Source of the DNA: a virus
Length of the DNA stretch: 64,000 nt
IMG/VR virus record: IMGVR_UViG_3300035688_000002
Location: 36,803-100,802 of that record
Direction: 5' to 3' (one strand)
A program made the position numbers and the translations under genes. Positions 8,905 to 19,220 of the stretch are shown piece by piece; position 1 is the first letter of the stretch, and every line of letters begins with the position of its first letter. The notes beneath the pieces were generated by a model, which was not told the DNA's origin, did not search any database, and worked only from the letters and a program-made list of their open reading frames with translations.

Positions 8905-9224
8905 TTGGGTATCTTCTCCACTTTCAACAGAGAATGTAGCTCCTGCTCAAGCTTCAAAGCAAGAAACTTTGAAAGATAGACGAGATTAAAACTTCCACCC
9001 ATCTGTCCGACATCCACATTCCAAGTACGAGGATTACTGACACTGTAACTTAGACTAATATCACGCCTCATCTGGGTAAACCAATCATTTATCCATATTG
9101 GCATCTGCGTCTCTCCCAGCAACTTAATAAACTCTCTAATCTCAGTCTTTGAGGGATGGTAAGGGAAGTCAGAAAATTCAGGAGAAAGAATACTCTCCAA
9201 GAAACTCCGTTCCACTTTAGGCAT
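8901..9224 (-). CDS. Hypothetical protein
   Basis: Coupled ORF in the recombination operon. Confidence 0.6.
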   Translation of the reverse strand: MPKVERSFLESILSPEFSDFPYHPSKTEIREFIKLLGETQMPIWINDWFTQMRRDISLSYSVSNPRTWNVDVGQMGGSFNLVYLSKFLALKLEQELHSLLKVEKIPK

Positions 9225-9786
9225 TTGGATTCCCTTTCATGACTTTCTTTCCCACAAACCACTTAACGAAATCAACTAGGGAGAGATTAATGAAATCTCC
9301 CTTGGCCTCATCCACCGAGTTAATCACTAAAATTGCTGACTCGCGGGGATAGTTGCCAAAAGAATGAGAAAGAGCATCAAACACACACCCACTCATAAAG
9401 ACAAACCAATCTGTCCTATCAGCGCGCCAAACAAGCAGAGGAAACTCAAGAGTGGAAGATTTAGTAAGCATTTCATTATACCATTTTCCCAATATGCCCG
9501 TCCTTCCTGCAAGTAACTCAAAGGGCGCAAAAGTCGCCCTCTTTCTGCGCTTGACTTCCCAATAAAAGGGCCATCGGTCATCAATCTTATCATCTCTGAT
9601 AGGAACTAAATCTCCACATAACACTGGAAGCCCGCCCCACCCACCCGACATCGGAGTCCTTCTTAGAAATCCATCTCCATTCGGATAAAATGCCTTAGAG
9701 AGAAGCTCTGCAACCTCTCTTTCTCCTACTTTTCCCTTTCTCTGAGACTGGCGTGCCTTGCGAGACCGCGCCTCTCTCGTTATCAT
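9217..9786 (-). CDS. PD-(D/E)XK Holliday-junction resolvase-like nuclease
   Basis: KGKVGEREVA..RTPMSGG..GDL..EVKRR. Confidence 0.8.
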   Translation of the reverse strand: MITREARSRKARQSQRKGKVGEREVAELLSKAFYPNGDGFLRRTPMSGGWGGLPVLCGDLVPIRDDKIDDRWPFYWEVKRRKRATFAPFELLAGRTGILGKWYNEMLTKSSTLEFPLLVWRADRTDWFVFMSGCVFDALSHSFGNYPRESAILVINSVDEAKGDFINLSLVDFVKWFVGKKVMKGNPNA

Positions 9787-9839
9787 TTCAATCTCCTTAA
9801 TCCCACCCAGTAGCTCCGAGTCCTATCGTCTTTCGTCTC

Positions 9840-10217
9840 CTACCGAATCAACGCTATATCAAGCACTTTCTTGGAATAAAACCAATTCGTCCACAGACTC
9901 TTAGCCCAGAACTGCTTCGTAGCAAGCTCTGCATTCAACTCGACAGCCTTTTGCTGTATGGCTGCCAATTCAAACTGAGAAATCTGCGAATTAGACCGGG
10001 CCTCGTTCAAAGTACTCTGAACAATGAAATACTTAATGGCCATAGCATCGGCTGAGGGCGACGCCGACACAATTGCCGCCAAACAAGCTGCATACCCAAT
10101 CCAAATGAAAATACCTATCATGACCCAGCCCGTCGGGTCTTTTCCTGCCTTATGGACTAAAATAGCCACACAAAGCATCGCAAGAGAAATAACCGCAAGA
10201 ATCAAAATGATAAGCAT
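9840..10217 (-). CDS. Membrane protein
   Basis: Two N-terminal TM segments followed by a helical region. Confidence 0.65.
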   Translation of the reverse strand: MLIILILAVISLAMLCVAILVHKAGKDPTGWVMIGIFIWIGYAACLAAIVSASPSADAMAIKYFIVQSTLNEARSNSQISQFELAAIQQKAVELNAELATKQFWAKSLWTNWFYSKKVLDIALIR

Positions 10218-10231
10218 TGCTTACCTCCTAA

Positions 10232-10504
10232 TCACTTCATCCTTCCTGAACGAAGTGCAAAAGATATATACTTAACAGCCTCTGCTCCAAGCTCTATTGC
10301 CTTCCGCCTCATTGACCCTGTCAAATCGTAATGAGAATGTTTACCATACTTCTTAGCCTGCTGAAACCACTCCGGCTTCAAACCCAAACGAATAGCAAAG
10401 GCGTGCAACTCAGTTGGAGAGTCCGCCGTCAGATGACAGTGTGTCTTATAAGGCCATTTAGCCGATGGTTTTACCTTTCTGACTCTATCGACATAAACAG
10501 CCAC
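10232..10504 (-). CDS. DUF4031-like protein
   Basis: VYVD..CHLTADS..ELHAFA..LGL..WFQ..HYDLT..R..A..LGA. Confidence 0.85.
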   Translation of the reverse strand: MAVYVDRVRKVKPSAKWPYKTHCHLTADSPTELHAFAIRLGLKPEWFQQAKKYGKHSHYDLTGSMRRKAIELGAEAVKYISFALRSGRMK

Positions 10505-10505
10505 T

Positions 10506-11537
10506 TTATTTATCTTCCTCTATGCCTTCTTCTGTTACCGCTGGCGGTTGAGCCTCTCCTGCGTCAAATTGCCTCAAAACTTCGAGCATTTCATTCTGTT
10601 TCCCCCTCCAAATCTCCTCAAAGGCAGTCCTCCTGAATCGTTCTGTTTTGAACTCAAACCATCCAGTAGAGGGACGAGCAATCACTCCCTCATTGACCAG
10701 ATAGTCCAAGAGGCCGCTGAGAGCAGGGATTCCCTTCCCCAGAAGTAACTCAAATCCTACTCTTTTAAAAGGTATCCCTACTTTGGATTTAACTACCTCA
10801 AAGAGACCCTTAACAGCAAGAACCTTGGTTCTCTCCTTATTTACAATCTTTGCTCCTTTGGTCATTGCCGCCCTTAATCCTGCATAGAATTTTGGAGCCT
10901 TTCCGCCGGTTGTTTCTTCTTTCTCTCCAAAAAGGACTCCGATATTAGCTCTCAATTGATTGACAAAGATGACAACCATCTTTTGGTCGGCAATAAGATT
11001 TGTCAGCCTCCGCAATCCCTGGGATATTGATCTGGCTCGAAGACCCATTTCCGATTTCCCAAACTCCTGCCCAAGCTCTGCCTTTGCGATAGAGGCAGCA
11101 AGACTGTCTTTGATGTAGAGAATAGGAGTAGTAGCAAAGAGCGGATTTTCCCGAACACTCTTAGTCACCCTCTCAAGGTGCTCAAATCCCTCTTCCAAAG
11201 AAGGAGCGATGTAGTAAATCAACTCATCCAGATTTATTCCCAGTATTCTTGCCCATCTTCTATCAAACGCTCTTTCAGCATCATCGAGAATCGCTATCCC
11301 TCCTACCCTCTGACACTGCGCTATAGTCTGATACATAAGGAGGGACTTGCCTGACTGCCACGGCCCGAAAACCTCGGAGAAGCGAGAAACTGGGAAGCCC
11401 CCTCCCATTGCCAAATCAAAAGCGATAACACCGGTAGAGATGCACTCTGTCGCTTCACTGACCTGGCTGAAGTCTATGGAAGAAAGGTCTTTTCTGAGTT
11501 TTTCTAATTCTCTATCTCTCTCTGTTTCTTGGCTCAT
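10506..11537 (-). CDS. recA: RecA/UvsX-like recombinase
   Basis: ISTG..DLAMGGG, GPWQSGKS, DAE, DSLAA, FVNQLR, TTGGKA.KFYA, VVKSKV..PF. Confidence 0.93.
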   Translation of the reverse strand: MSQETERDRELEKLRKDLSSIDFSQVSEATECISTGVIAFDLAMGGGFPVSRFSEVFGPWQSGKSLLMYQTIAQCQRVGGIAILDDAERAFDRRWARILGINLDELIYYIAPSLEEGFEHLERVTKSVRENPLFATTPILYIKDSLAASIAKAELGQEFGKSEMGLRARSISQGLRRLTNLIADQKMVVIFVNQLRANIGVLFGEKEETTGGKAPKFYAGLRAAMTKGAKIVNKERTKVLAVKGLFEVVKSKVGIPFKRVGFELLLGKGIPALSGLLDYLVNEGVIARPSTGWFEFKTERFRRTAFEEIWRGKQNEMLEVLRQFDAGEAQPPAVTEEGIEEDK

Positions 11538-11543
11538 CTGTCA

Positions 11544-12524
11544 TTATTTCTTTTCTCTCTCAGCTGTTGAGGCTGCGTTTCTTAGAGCCCTAAGTCTCTG
11601 TGTCCTCTCCGAACCCACTGCCGCAGCGGCTTTTGGAGGGGTCTCTTTTTTCGCTGGCTCAGCTTCTTTCTTCTCTTCTGGCAGATCGTCAATAGGAATC
11701 TCAAGTGTCTCTATGTCAAGCTCATCGAGTCCTTCCTCTAATCCAGCCTCTTTCTCAACGACAGCTGCTTCTTTGCCCGTCTCACCCGCTCCAGCTAGAA
11801 TATCCTCGCCTTCCTGCTCCTCGATGTATTCCTCTCCATGCAGAATCGCAAGCACTTCCTCTGAGCTCGGAATTGGATAGATATTGTCGAGGTCGTGAGC
11901 CCTTTCCATGACTTTCTGTGGGACACGAGTCACTGTGCTTGAAGGCATAACATGATAACGTGTGTCAGTCTTGCCCTCTCCCTGTCTGTTGATTATGACG
12001 TGCCTTCCTGACTCAAGGTTGTCAAGATCGCCATACTCATCATCGAGAAAGAGCAAAAGAACGTCATTAAAAAGCCCTCTGCCCATTTCCCAGACCTGCA
12101 CACCTGCCTTTGGGTCTTGCACATCAATCATATTGACTGCGAATCTCTCTCTCGACATGATGTCCTTCGCTATGAAGGCATCTTCCCTTCTTCCCGACTG
12201 AAGCAGGTCTTTTACATAATCACAGACAGGGCAAGCTTCACTGGCTGAGTTTAAGTTGAGACGGCAAACGACTCTGTTCTTCTCTGGGCCTATCCCAAAG
12301 TGAACCTTGGTCTTCTTAAAGAAAACCTTGCCCATATCCCCTGACCAATGGGGGAGAACACGAGCGACATTTTTTCCTACGGAGGGTCTCCAAAAAGAGA
12401 CATCTCTCCGCTCGGAGGCCTTTCTGATACGATCGGACTCCTTCTGTAAAAGTTCTTTCCTACTCACCTTTACCTCCTTTGAGTGGATTTTATTCGCTGT
12501 CGCCTTCTTCGGACGGTTTTTCAC
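11544..12524 (-). CDS. T4 gp32-like single-stranded DNA-binding protein
   Basis: FWRP..G.N..RVLP, H..C..CPVC zinc ligands, G..I.RQGEG..T.Y, acidic C-terminal tail. Confidence 0.8.
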   Translation of the reverse strand: MKNRPKKATANKIHSKEVKVSRKELLQKESDRIRKASERRDVSFWRPSVGKNVARVLPHWSGDMGKVFFKKTKVHFGIGPEKNRVVCRLNLNSASEACPVCDYVKDLLQSGRREDAFIAKDIMSRERFAVNMIDVQDPKAGVQVWEMGRGLFNDVLLLFLDDEYGDLDNLESGRHVIINRQGEGKTDTRYHVMPSSTVTRVPQKVMERAHDLDNIYPIPSSEEVLAILHGEEYIEEQEGEDILAGAGETGKEAAVVEKEAGLEEGLDELDIETLEIPIDDLPEEKKEAEPAKKETPPKAAAAVGSERTQRLRALRNAASTAEREKK

Positions 12525-13044
12525 GTGCCGGAGACGCAGCGATATCTCTTAATCGGCGCTCGACAAGTTGTTTCTCGTGGATCGCCAAATTTGTGTCCCA
12601 TTCATCCCTAAGATTAGCTCCCAATGACATCAGAAGGTCTTTCCTCTGCTGGAAAGCATCTTTTATTGAAGTCAGATGATCGAGCTGTAGGCGAGCCCTT
12701 AGAACTTTGTCTGAAAGTTCCTGGTATTTAACATCGAGGAGAACCTTTGAATCTAAAAGCCTCTCACTGAATTTTTCTCCTCTGGCTTCCATTTCTCTCC
12801 TGATAAAAGAATAGGTTTGCCCAGAGTATTTATCTAGCTCTCTCTTCCACTTCGCATACACAACCTTCGCAAACGCAGTCATTCTTGCCCAAAAGACATA
12901 TCTTACAGGCTGCTTCTTGAGTTCATCGTTTATGTCTTGCTCTTTGATATCCAAATCATTGAGATAGTTGCCTCTGTAAGTCTGGCTTCCAAAGCGGATT
13001 TCAATCCACCCTTCCACTATGGGCGTAGGTGTAGTTTCAGACAT
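12490..13044 (-). CDS. UvsY-like recombination mediator
   Basis: DLDI....IN.EL..QP..Y..W, helical, AFQQRKDLL..LGA..R; lies next to SSB and RecA. Confidence 0.7.
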   Translation of the reverse strand: MSETTPTPIVEGWIEIRFGSQTYRGNYLNDLDIKEQDINDELKKQPVRYVFWARMTAFAKVVYAKWKRELDKYSGQTYSFIRREMEARGEKFSERLLDSKVLLDVKYQELSDKVLRARLQLDHLTSIKDAFQQRKDLLMSLGANLRDEWDTNLAIHEKQLVERRLRDIAASPAREKPSEEGDSE

Positions 13045-13096
13045 TATCTTCCTCCCTTATAGTTATTATAATTCTTACCTAAAGTTTCATTCAGCG

Positions 13097-13288
13097 TCAT
13101 TGTTCCTTTATTTCCCTTATGCTTGGACAACCGCGACTCCTCATAGCATGACTAAGACACGAAGCCGACAATCCAAATCTCCTACAGATGTCAGATAGGG
13201 AAAGACTGGGGTCAGCGCGTAAAAGTGCCTCCGATTTCCTTGCAATTTCATCCAACTCCTCAGGCTGCCGTTGATGAATCTTAGGCAT
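13097..13288 (-). CDS. Small helix-turn-helix protein
   Basis: LSLSDICRRFGLSASCLSHAM. Confidence 0.7.
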   Translation of the reverse strand: MPKIHQRQPEELDEIARKSEALLRADPSLSLSDICRRFGLSASCLSHAMRSRGCPSIREIKEQ

Positions 13289-15644
13289 CTGGAACCTCTA
13301 TCATCTCTCCCCAGTTCCGCCCCGCCATTGTTTCAATCTCCATAGGAACTAACATCCAGGGGAAAACCTCTGGCAATCCTTTCACTATCTCTCTCATTAG
13401 AGAAATGACGGTCATCTCTTCATTATAATTGGGAGCGTCAACGAGATTCTCATCATGCACTTCCGCAATGATTTTTGACTCAAGCTCCATCATTTTCATT
13501 AACTCTGCCAATTCTCCCAGCGTGAAAATGTTTATATCGACGGCCGCGGACTGGATGGGAAAATTGAAGGCTCTCTTAGCCCTGTCTTCGCCTGTGTAGC
13601 CACTCAAATCCCACCTTCTGCCAAAGAGAGAGACTATCTCCATCCCCCTTTCTGCCCTGCCTCTCTGTCTATCCATCCATCGCCTAACGCCCCCGAATCT
13701 TTGAAAAAAACGCTCATAGAAAGCGAGAGCTTTTCTGATTGACCATCCTTCCCTGTCAGCGAGAGCCCCAGCCGACATTCCGTAGAACAAACCAAAATTC
13801 ACAGTCTTTGCACTCCGCCTGTCTTCAAATGTCACGTCCTTCAGGTCTTTCATATAGATTGTAACTGCTGTTTCTCTGTGTGGGTCTCTGCCCTCTTTGA
13901 AGATTCTTAATAGCTCTGGGTCTTCAGACTCAATTGCCATCACCCTCATCTCTATATGTCTGAAGTCCATTTTGACTAGGCGACCGGCAGCGCCAAAGCG
14001 GCTAATAAAACACTTCTTCACTTCAGGCGGAACATTCTGGATGTTTGGCCTCCCAGCAGCCGGTCTCCCTCCCTTCGACGCTGTGATATTGTAGCTGGGA
14101 TGAATCTTTCCGTTAGCGTCTGACATTTCAATGTAATTGTCATAGTAAGTACCTTTGATTTTCATAAGACTTCTATAGTCCATGATTTGCTTGGCATACG
14201 GATCACTATGCGAAAGCTCCTCAAAGGTATCTTTATCAATAGACGGAAGCCCTTTCGGAGTGAAATGCCGTGGATCATAACGCAGTCCCTCAAAGAAAAG
14301 CTTTCTGAGGCTGAATGGAGAATCAATCTTAAATCCTGGGATTTTCTGAACCTCGGGGAGGGTAAGGATTTCACTCTTTTTCTGGGCTATGTCAAGCTCC
14401 AGCTCTCGGCTTCTTAGTCTCACGAGAGGAAGATCAAGAGCCATGCCGTTAGCCTCTATTTCAGCCAGAGCTACAGAGCCTGGCATTAGAACCTCATCAT
14501 ATAATGTTCCCAGGCCTTTCCTGTCTATCCTGGGTCTAAGGATTTCATAAAGCTTGGCACTGACAAAAGCGTCGGTAGCATTGAGTTGCCACACATTTGG
14601 CTTACTGACATTGCCCATATTCTCATAGTCTATCCCTTTTTCATATCCACCATAGTCTGGAAGATACTGCCAGACCATCTGTTTGAGGCCTACGGACGTT
14701 CCTGTTCCCTCATCAAGGAGATACTTAGCCACCGATGGGTCAAACACAACTCGATTCAACCTAACACCGTGTTTGACTAAGAGCCACACAAATTCAAATT
14801 TGGCATTTTGGGCTATTTTTGGAGTGTTTCCCTCAAGAAACTCCCGCATCTCTAATGAAACAGTCCCTAAACCCCAAATACTTTCCCAGTCAATGACACA
14901 CGTGTCTTCAGCGTCAGAGATAGCGATGCTCAAAATCCTGGCGTCAGGCTCGAAAGGTGTCTTTGTTGTTGTCTCAAGATCAATGGCTATGGGCCTTGCT
15001 TCTCCCCTCCCCTTAAAGGTTGTAAGCCAGAATGGAACTCGATAAGGACTTTCAACCAGATCGAATCTCACTCTTTTTATGACTCTCTCTCCTTTCCCTA
15101 TCAGACTTGGAATAACTGCCATGTCTTTCCGCCAGGTATAAATACTCGAGCGATTCCGAGCTACATACGCTGGGTGCCAGAGTGGGAGATAGGTAATTTC
15201 ATCTTTTTCAATCACCCGCCCTCTTACAACTGAAGACGCCTTCCCTACAAACTGACGAATCGGAAGGACTCCGAAGAGAAGAACGACTTTGGATTTCATT
15301 TCTGCCCACTCCTGGGCATACTGTTTAACACAGTGTTTCCGGGTAATCGCATCCGGCTCAAGGTCACCCCCTTCGTCCTTTGGGCCAGTCCTACATTTAG
15401 CAAGATTTGTGATGTAACAATCTCCCCTCGTAACTCCTAAAGGAGTCAGATTCTCAAAGAGAATCTTGCCGCTTGGGCCAATGAATGGCCGTCCCATCCT
15501 TTCTTCCGTTGCCCCTGGTGCTACTCCTACAATGACAATCTTAGCATTGGCTAGATCTCCTTCGGGTGCGACACGGACGTGCCCCATTAAAGGGCAACCT
15601 ACACACCCTCCGAGGACGGGCTCACTGACTAATCTGTTTGTCAT
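13281..15644 (-). CDS. polA: Family A DNA polymerase with N-terminal family-4 uracil-DNA-glycosylase-like domain and 3'-5' exonuclease
   Basis: UDG: CVGC, GVAPG, RPFIGPSG, TNLAKC, WHPAY; ExoI IDLET; Pol motifs A DFRHIEMR, B RRSAKTVNFG.YG, C VHDE. Confidence 0.92.
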   Translation of the reverse strand: MTNRLVSEPVLGGCVGCPLMGHVRVAPEGDLANAKIVIVGVAPGATEERMGRPFIGPSGKILFENLTPLGVTRGDCYITNLAKCRTGPKDEGGDLEPDAITRKHCVKQYAQEWAEMKSKVVLLFGVLPIRQFVGKASSVVRGRVIEKDEITYLPLWHPAYVARNRSSIYTWRKDMAVIPSLIGKGERVIKRVRFDLVESPYRVPFWLTTFKGRGEARPIAIDLETTTKTPFEPDARILSIAISDAEDTCVIDWESIWGLGTVSLEMREFLEGNTPKIAQNAKFEFVWLLVKHGVRLNRVVFDPSVAKYLLDEGTGTSVGLKQMVWQYLPDYGGYEKGIDYENMGNVSKPNVWQLNATDAFVSAKLYEILRPRIDRKGLGTLYDEVLMPGSVALAEIEANGMALDLPLVRLRSRELELDIAQKKSEILTLPEVQKIPGFKIDSPFSLRKLFFEGLRYDPRHFTPKGLPSIDKDTFEELSHSDPYAKQIMDYRSLMKIKGTYYDNYIEMSDANGKIHPSYNITASKGGRPAAGRPNIQNVPPEVKKCFISRFGAAGRLVKMDFRHIEMRVMAIESEDPELLRIFKEGRDPHRETAVTIYMKDLKDVTFEDRRSAKTVNFGLFYGMSAGALADREGWSIRKALAFYERFFQRFGGVRRWMDRQRGRAERGMEIVSLFGRRWDLSGYTGEDRAKRAFNFPIQSAAVDINIFTLGELAELMKMMELESKIIAEVHDENLVDAPNYNEEMTVISLMREIVKGLPEVFPWMLVPMEIETMAGRNWGEMIEVPDA

Positions 15645-15880
15645 TTTGCCTTTTCAAAACATTCCGGACAGAGATACGGAAAATCCATGGTGGGAGGACG
15701 AAAAAAATGCAACACAGCCTTTGTCTCATCATCAAGAATCAAACTAAAAATCTTGCTTTTAATTACTCGCATACACTTCATACAGAGAAAATTCCGTTCC
15801 TCACCGACAAGCCTAAAATTCCATGTCGCCGACTCTGGATTGCCTTCATACATCCTAGCCAAGTCTTTTACAATCTCCAT
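15641..15880 (-). CDS. Small zinc-finger protein
   Basis: CMKC ... CPEC. Confidence 0.6.
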   Translation of the reverse strand: MEIVKDLARMYEGNPESATWNFRLVGEERNFLCMKCMRVIKSKIFSLILDDETKAVLHFFRPPTMDFPYLCPECFEKAK

Positions 15881-16232
15881 TTTTGCCTCCTTCGCGTCCC
15901 ACTCTTCTAAACTTCAATCTACTCCCATCAAAGACAGCATCTGGATGGAGTCTATGAAACGCCTTACCCGCCTCCGCAAGAACCACGCTCTTAACCTCCT
16001 CCACCATACTTTTATTCCAGAGCCGCTTGAGCCTGAGTGCCGCTCGTCTCGTCCACGAAGCCATCAGCTGGTGCTTCCGGCCGCATATCTGACAAGGATA
16101 ATAATACACACACACTATCTTGCCCCACTTCTTACCCTTACTCACAACTGCCTCCGGTGCCTCCGGTAAGAAGCTATCTACAACGAACTTCCTAACATCA
16201 CGAAACGTTCTTATCTTTCTTTTCATCTTCAT
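15855..16232 (-). CDS. Hypothetical basic protein (CQICG..H)
   Basis: ORF in the operon run with RBS. Confidence 0.6.
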   Translation of the reverse strand: MKMKRKIRTFRDVRKFVVDSFLPEAPEAVVSKGKKWGKIVCVYYYPCQICGRKHQLMASWTRRAALRLKRLWNKSMVEEVKSVVLAEAGKAFHRLHPDAVFDGSRLKFRRVGREGGKNGDCKRLG

Positions 16233-16235
16233 CTC

Positions 16236-16448
16236 CTACAGTTTTTGGCGCTTTAACTCAGCGAGTTCTCGCTCTTTCTCGGTTATCGTTCGTTTGAGTT
16301 TGAGTTTCTGGCGCTCTCTTTCTAATAGCTTCCCAGTCACATACTTTACCAGAGGAACGCCATACTTTGAAATCATGGACTTGACGGAACGCTCAATCAT
16401 GGTCGCATCCCTTGACCGACCAGGAAACCTACGATTCTTCATTTTCAT
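16236..16448 (-). CDS. Hypothetical basic coiled-coil protein
   Basis: AGGAGG RBS. Confidence 0.6.
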   Translation of the reverse strand: MKMKNRRFPGRSRDATMIERSVKSMISKYGVPLVKYVTGKLLERERQKLKLKRTITEKERELAELKRQKL

Positions 16449-16614
16449 TATTTGCCTCCTTATTTTCAGGGAAAATGACTAAACCAACCTTTGGCAGATT
16501 ATCTTTGGCAAACTGTCTGATTTCCTCCTGAGTTAGATTTTCTCCCTCAAAATCGACTATGTGAAACGTGCCTTCTTTCTTGCTCTCAAGAAGAGCTGTC
16601 AATTTTACTTTCAT
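16429..16614 (-). CDS. Hypothetical protein
   Basis: Coupled ORF. Confidence 0.55.
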   Translation of the reverse strand: MKVKLTALLESKKEGTFHIVDFEGENLTQEEIRQFAKDNLPKVGLVIFPENKEANNENEES

Positions 16615-17033
16615 TGTTTCTCTCCCACTTCATAAACTTCAATAGCCTGTTTAAAATAGAATTTTCGCCCACAACTGGGGCACCCATACGGATTCTCGGT
16701 GTAGATGCCTATTACAAACTCCCAAAGCCCAAATGTCTTTCCACAAACACACTGGGTCACTGGCAGAAGCTCATCGTCTGGGTTTCCAAATTTCATTTTA
16801 TCAGTGACTTTCCTCACTATGCCCTCCCTTATTCTCATTATCCCTTTATGAAAATCTTTCATCGAGGGTAAAGGAATCACACTTCCTGTCGCCTCCTCAA
16901 TTCTAAGCCCAAGCTCTCTGGCAGTCTTTAAGCCTTTCTTTATCGCCTCTGAGCCGCACTTAAAGGACTCGTTGAGTATCCTGATGTCAGAACGCTTAAG
17001 CACCCCTCCGACTGTCTTCTTGACTGCTGGCAT
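16611..17033 (-). CDS. Protein with C-terminal zinc ribbon
   Basis: CVCG ... CPSCG; start at MPAVKK after GGAGG. Confidence 0.6.
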   Translation of the reverse strand: MPAVKKTVGGVLKRSDIRILNESFKCGSEAIKKGLKTARELGLRIEEATGSVIPLPSMKDFHKGIMRIREGIVRKVTDKMKFGNPDDELLPVTQCVCGKTFGLWEFVIGIYTENPYGCPSCGRKFYFKQAIEVYEVGEKQ

Positions 17034-17034
17034 T

Positions 17035-18450
17035 TTATCCTCCCAAATCTTCCTCTCCCATAGCAAGCTCCTCAGCCGAGGCAAACTCAACATCTTCTGG
17101 CTGTGCCTCACGCGGCTCCTCTGCCTCCAGCTCTTCAAACTTTCCTATATCGAAAGTCTCCCTAAAAGGCACAATTAAATGTCCTTCCTCGTCCCTCACC
17201 TTGGCAAAATAGAATCTTCCGATGTGTTCTCTCAGTTCCGTCGGTGTCCGGCAGATCGCTATGACTACATCTGCGATTTGTGCCTTAGCAAAAGACTCTG
17301 CCATGTCTGCGATGGTTACAATGTCTTTGCTCATTGATTTCCTGCTTGCCTGGCACCCTGTCCATAAGGGAAGCTCAAACTCCTGAGCCAATCCACGGAG
17401 TCTCTCATAAAGAGCTCCGAGCATTTCATATCGCTTAGCCTCTCTGTATTCGACAGTCATCTTCATAATGTCAGCATAATCTACAATTAGAAGGTCAATG
17501 TCAAAGCTCTGCCCCGTTCTCACATACGTTATCACTGAGCGAAGCTCATCGAGTGAAAGGCTGCGAGTGGGAAACTCCATCACAAGGACGTCCCCTGGTG
17601 TTACCAGCCTTCGGATTCTTCTTAGGCTGTTTATGACCCGATCCGACTCCTCATGGAGCCTGTCTTTAGGCACTCTCGTCAGATGAGCCTCATATCTGGC
17701 AATGACTTTCCGTTTAGCGAGTTCGAGCGAGACATGCAAGACAGTCTTTTGAAGTTTTACTGCGTGTGCCCCCACTGTATTCAGATAAAATGACTTGCCG
17801 TATCCGGGAGGGGCAAGAACCACTCCCAGCTCTCCAGGCCCCAAACCCCCATTCAGAATGGCATCTGTATGCCTCAGTCCAGTGAGAATCTTATCTGCCG
17901 CGGGGTTTTCTCTCACCCGAGCCTCTGCATCTCTCAAGAGATACTCAGCTTTATGCCTTGCTATCTTTCCTGCCAGGGTATTATAAACCTGATTGACTGA
18001 CTCCGTAAAAGTCCTTATGTTTAATTCCCCGTCTCTCGCTGCCTCCGTTGCAGCAGCCTCTGACACACGAGCAAGTTGGGCTCTTATAATGTAGCTTGAG
18101 ACTTTGGCAATCAGATACTCCCTCTCTCCCAAAGGAACCCTGTAAATCTTCTCAATCTCTCTCCAGACATAGTCTAAAGGAACGGGGATTTCTTTCCCTG
18201 CCTGCCTTAGAGCCTGAGTCATCTCCCTTTCGAGAATCACTCTTGAACAGGGTCTAAGAAAATGAGAGAAGTGAGTCTTGGCTATTCGATAGACGATTCT
18301 ATGGACTGGGTTTTCAAAATACTCTTCATCAATGGCATCCATAAAATGATTCGCTACCTCACGGTCTCTGATGAGATATCCCAGTGCCTCCAATTGAAAC
18401 TCACTCGGGATTATCGAGGTCAGTACATCAACCACCATAGACTCCTCCAA
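17035..18450 (-). CDS. Replicative DnaB/gp41-like (SF4) helicase
   Basis: TG...D.IL.GGL.PGEL, APPGYGKS, VSLEL, IVDYAD, TGCQASR, AES..K...AD, KVRD. Confidence 0.92.
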   Translation of the reverse strand: MEESMVVDVLTSIIPSEFQLEALGYLIRDREVANHFMDAIDEEYFENPVHRIVYRIAKTHFSHFLRPCSRVILEREMTQALRQAGKEIPVPLDYVWREIEKIYRVPLGEREYLIAKVSSYIIRAQLARVSEAAATEAARDGELNIRTFTESVNQVYNTLAGKIARHKAEYLLRDAEARVRENPAADKILTGLRHTDAILNGGLGPGELGVVLAPPGYGKSFYLNTVGAHAVKLQKTVLHVSLELAKRKVIARYEAHLTRVPKDRLHEESDRVINSLRRIRRLVTPGDVLVMEFPTRSLSLDELRSVITYVRTGQSFDIDLLIVDYADIMKMTVEYREAKRYEMLGALYERLRGLAQEFELPLWTGCQASRKSMSKDIVTIADMAESFAKAQIADVVIAICRTPTELREHIGRFYFAKVRDEEGHLIVPFRETFDIGKFEELEAEEPREAQPEDVEFASAEELAMGEEDLGG

Positions 18451-19220
18451 TTCCCAATGTGACCAAACGCCTTCTGAACGCTTTTTAATTCCCTCTCTGC
18501 TACTCCTTTCCTTGCCTCAATCAGCTTTTTAACATAGTTTCCGTCCCGCACCATTCTGGCCCTGACTGGGGCTGCATAGTGAATCACAGCTCTTGCCACT
18601 TCCGCTCTGACGGTATCCCTGATGCACTTGTCTCTTTGCCAATAATCTTCAAACTTCTCAAAGCGACTGTGGGTTGCTATGAACTCAGGCGTAAAGACAT
18701 CAGCATAAGCCAAAAAGACGGCAAAGAGAGAAGTGACGTTATTTAATTCTTTCCCTCTTCCAGACTTCAACAAGCTCCAGAGAATCGTGTAGCCGTTATA
18801 GAAACAGTTTGTAAATCTTGACTGAAAGTTGAGAGGGTTAGAGCTTTTAACAGAGCTAAAAGCGCCCTTTCTCGTCATGAATCTGGATCGCATCCCTCTC
18901 ATTCTACCAATAAAAATGCTGAAGCCAGCCTCTGAGGCAAGGAAGGACAGGGGAGGATATTTCCATTTGAGATTTCTGCCTTCCCAACTCTTAGGGTCTA
19001 ACATGACGGTAAAGAAATCTTCTACTTTGATCCCCAGAGCGCTACACTTCCTGGCAATGAAGGAAAATTGCTCGAAATTTCTCTTTCCATGGGAAGTACT
19101 AATATCCTCAGAGTATTTCCGAACCGCATGATAAAACTCTCTGAGCATTTCTTCAAAGAGCCTCTTAACCACAGAAACGATCTGCGGGGCAAATCTTTCT
19201 TTGGAGGGAGTCTTGCTCAT
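18420..19220 (-). CDS. Hypothetical replication-region protein (possible loader/initiator)
   Basis: 266 aa, directly upstream of the helicase; function inferred from position only. Confidence 0.55.
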   Translation of the reverse strand: MSKTPSKERFAPQIVSVVKRLFEEMLREFYHAVRKYSEDISTSHGKRNFEQFSFIARKCSALGIKVEDFFTVMLDPKSWEGRNLKWKYPPLSFLASEAGFSIFIGRMRGMRSRFMTRKGAFSSVKSSNPLNFQSRFTNCFYNGYTILWSLLKSGRGKELNNVTSLFAVFLAYADVFTPEFIATHSRFEKFEDYWQRDKCIRDTVRAEVARAVIHYAAPVRARMVRDGNYVKKLIEARKGVAERELKSVQKAFGHIGNWRSLWWLMY

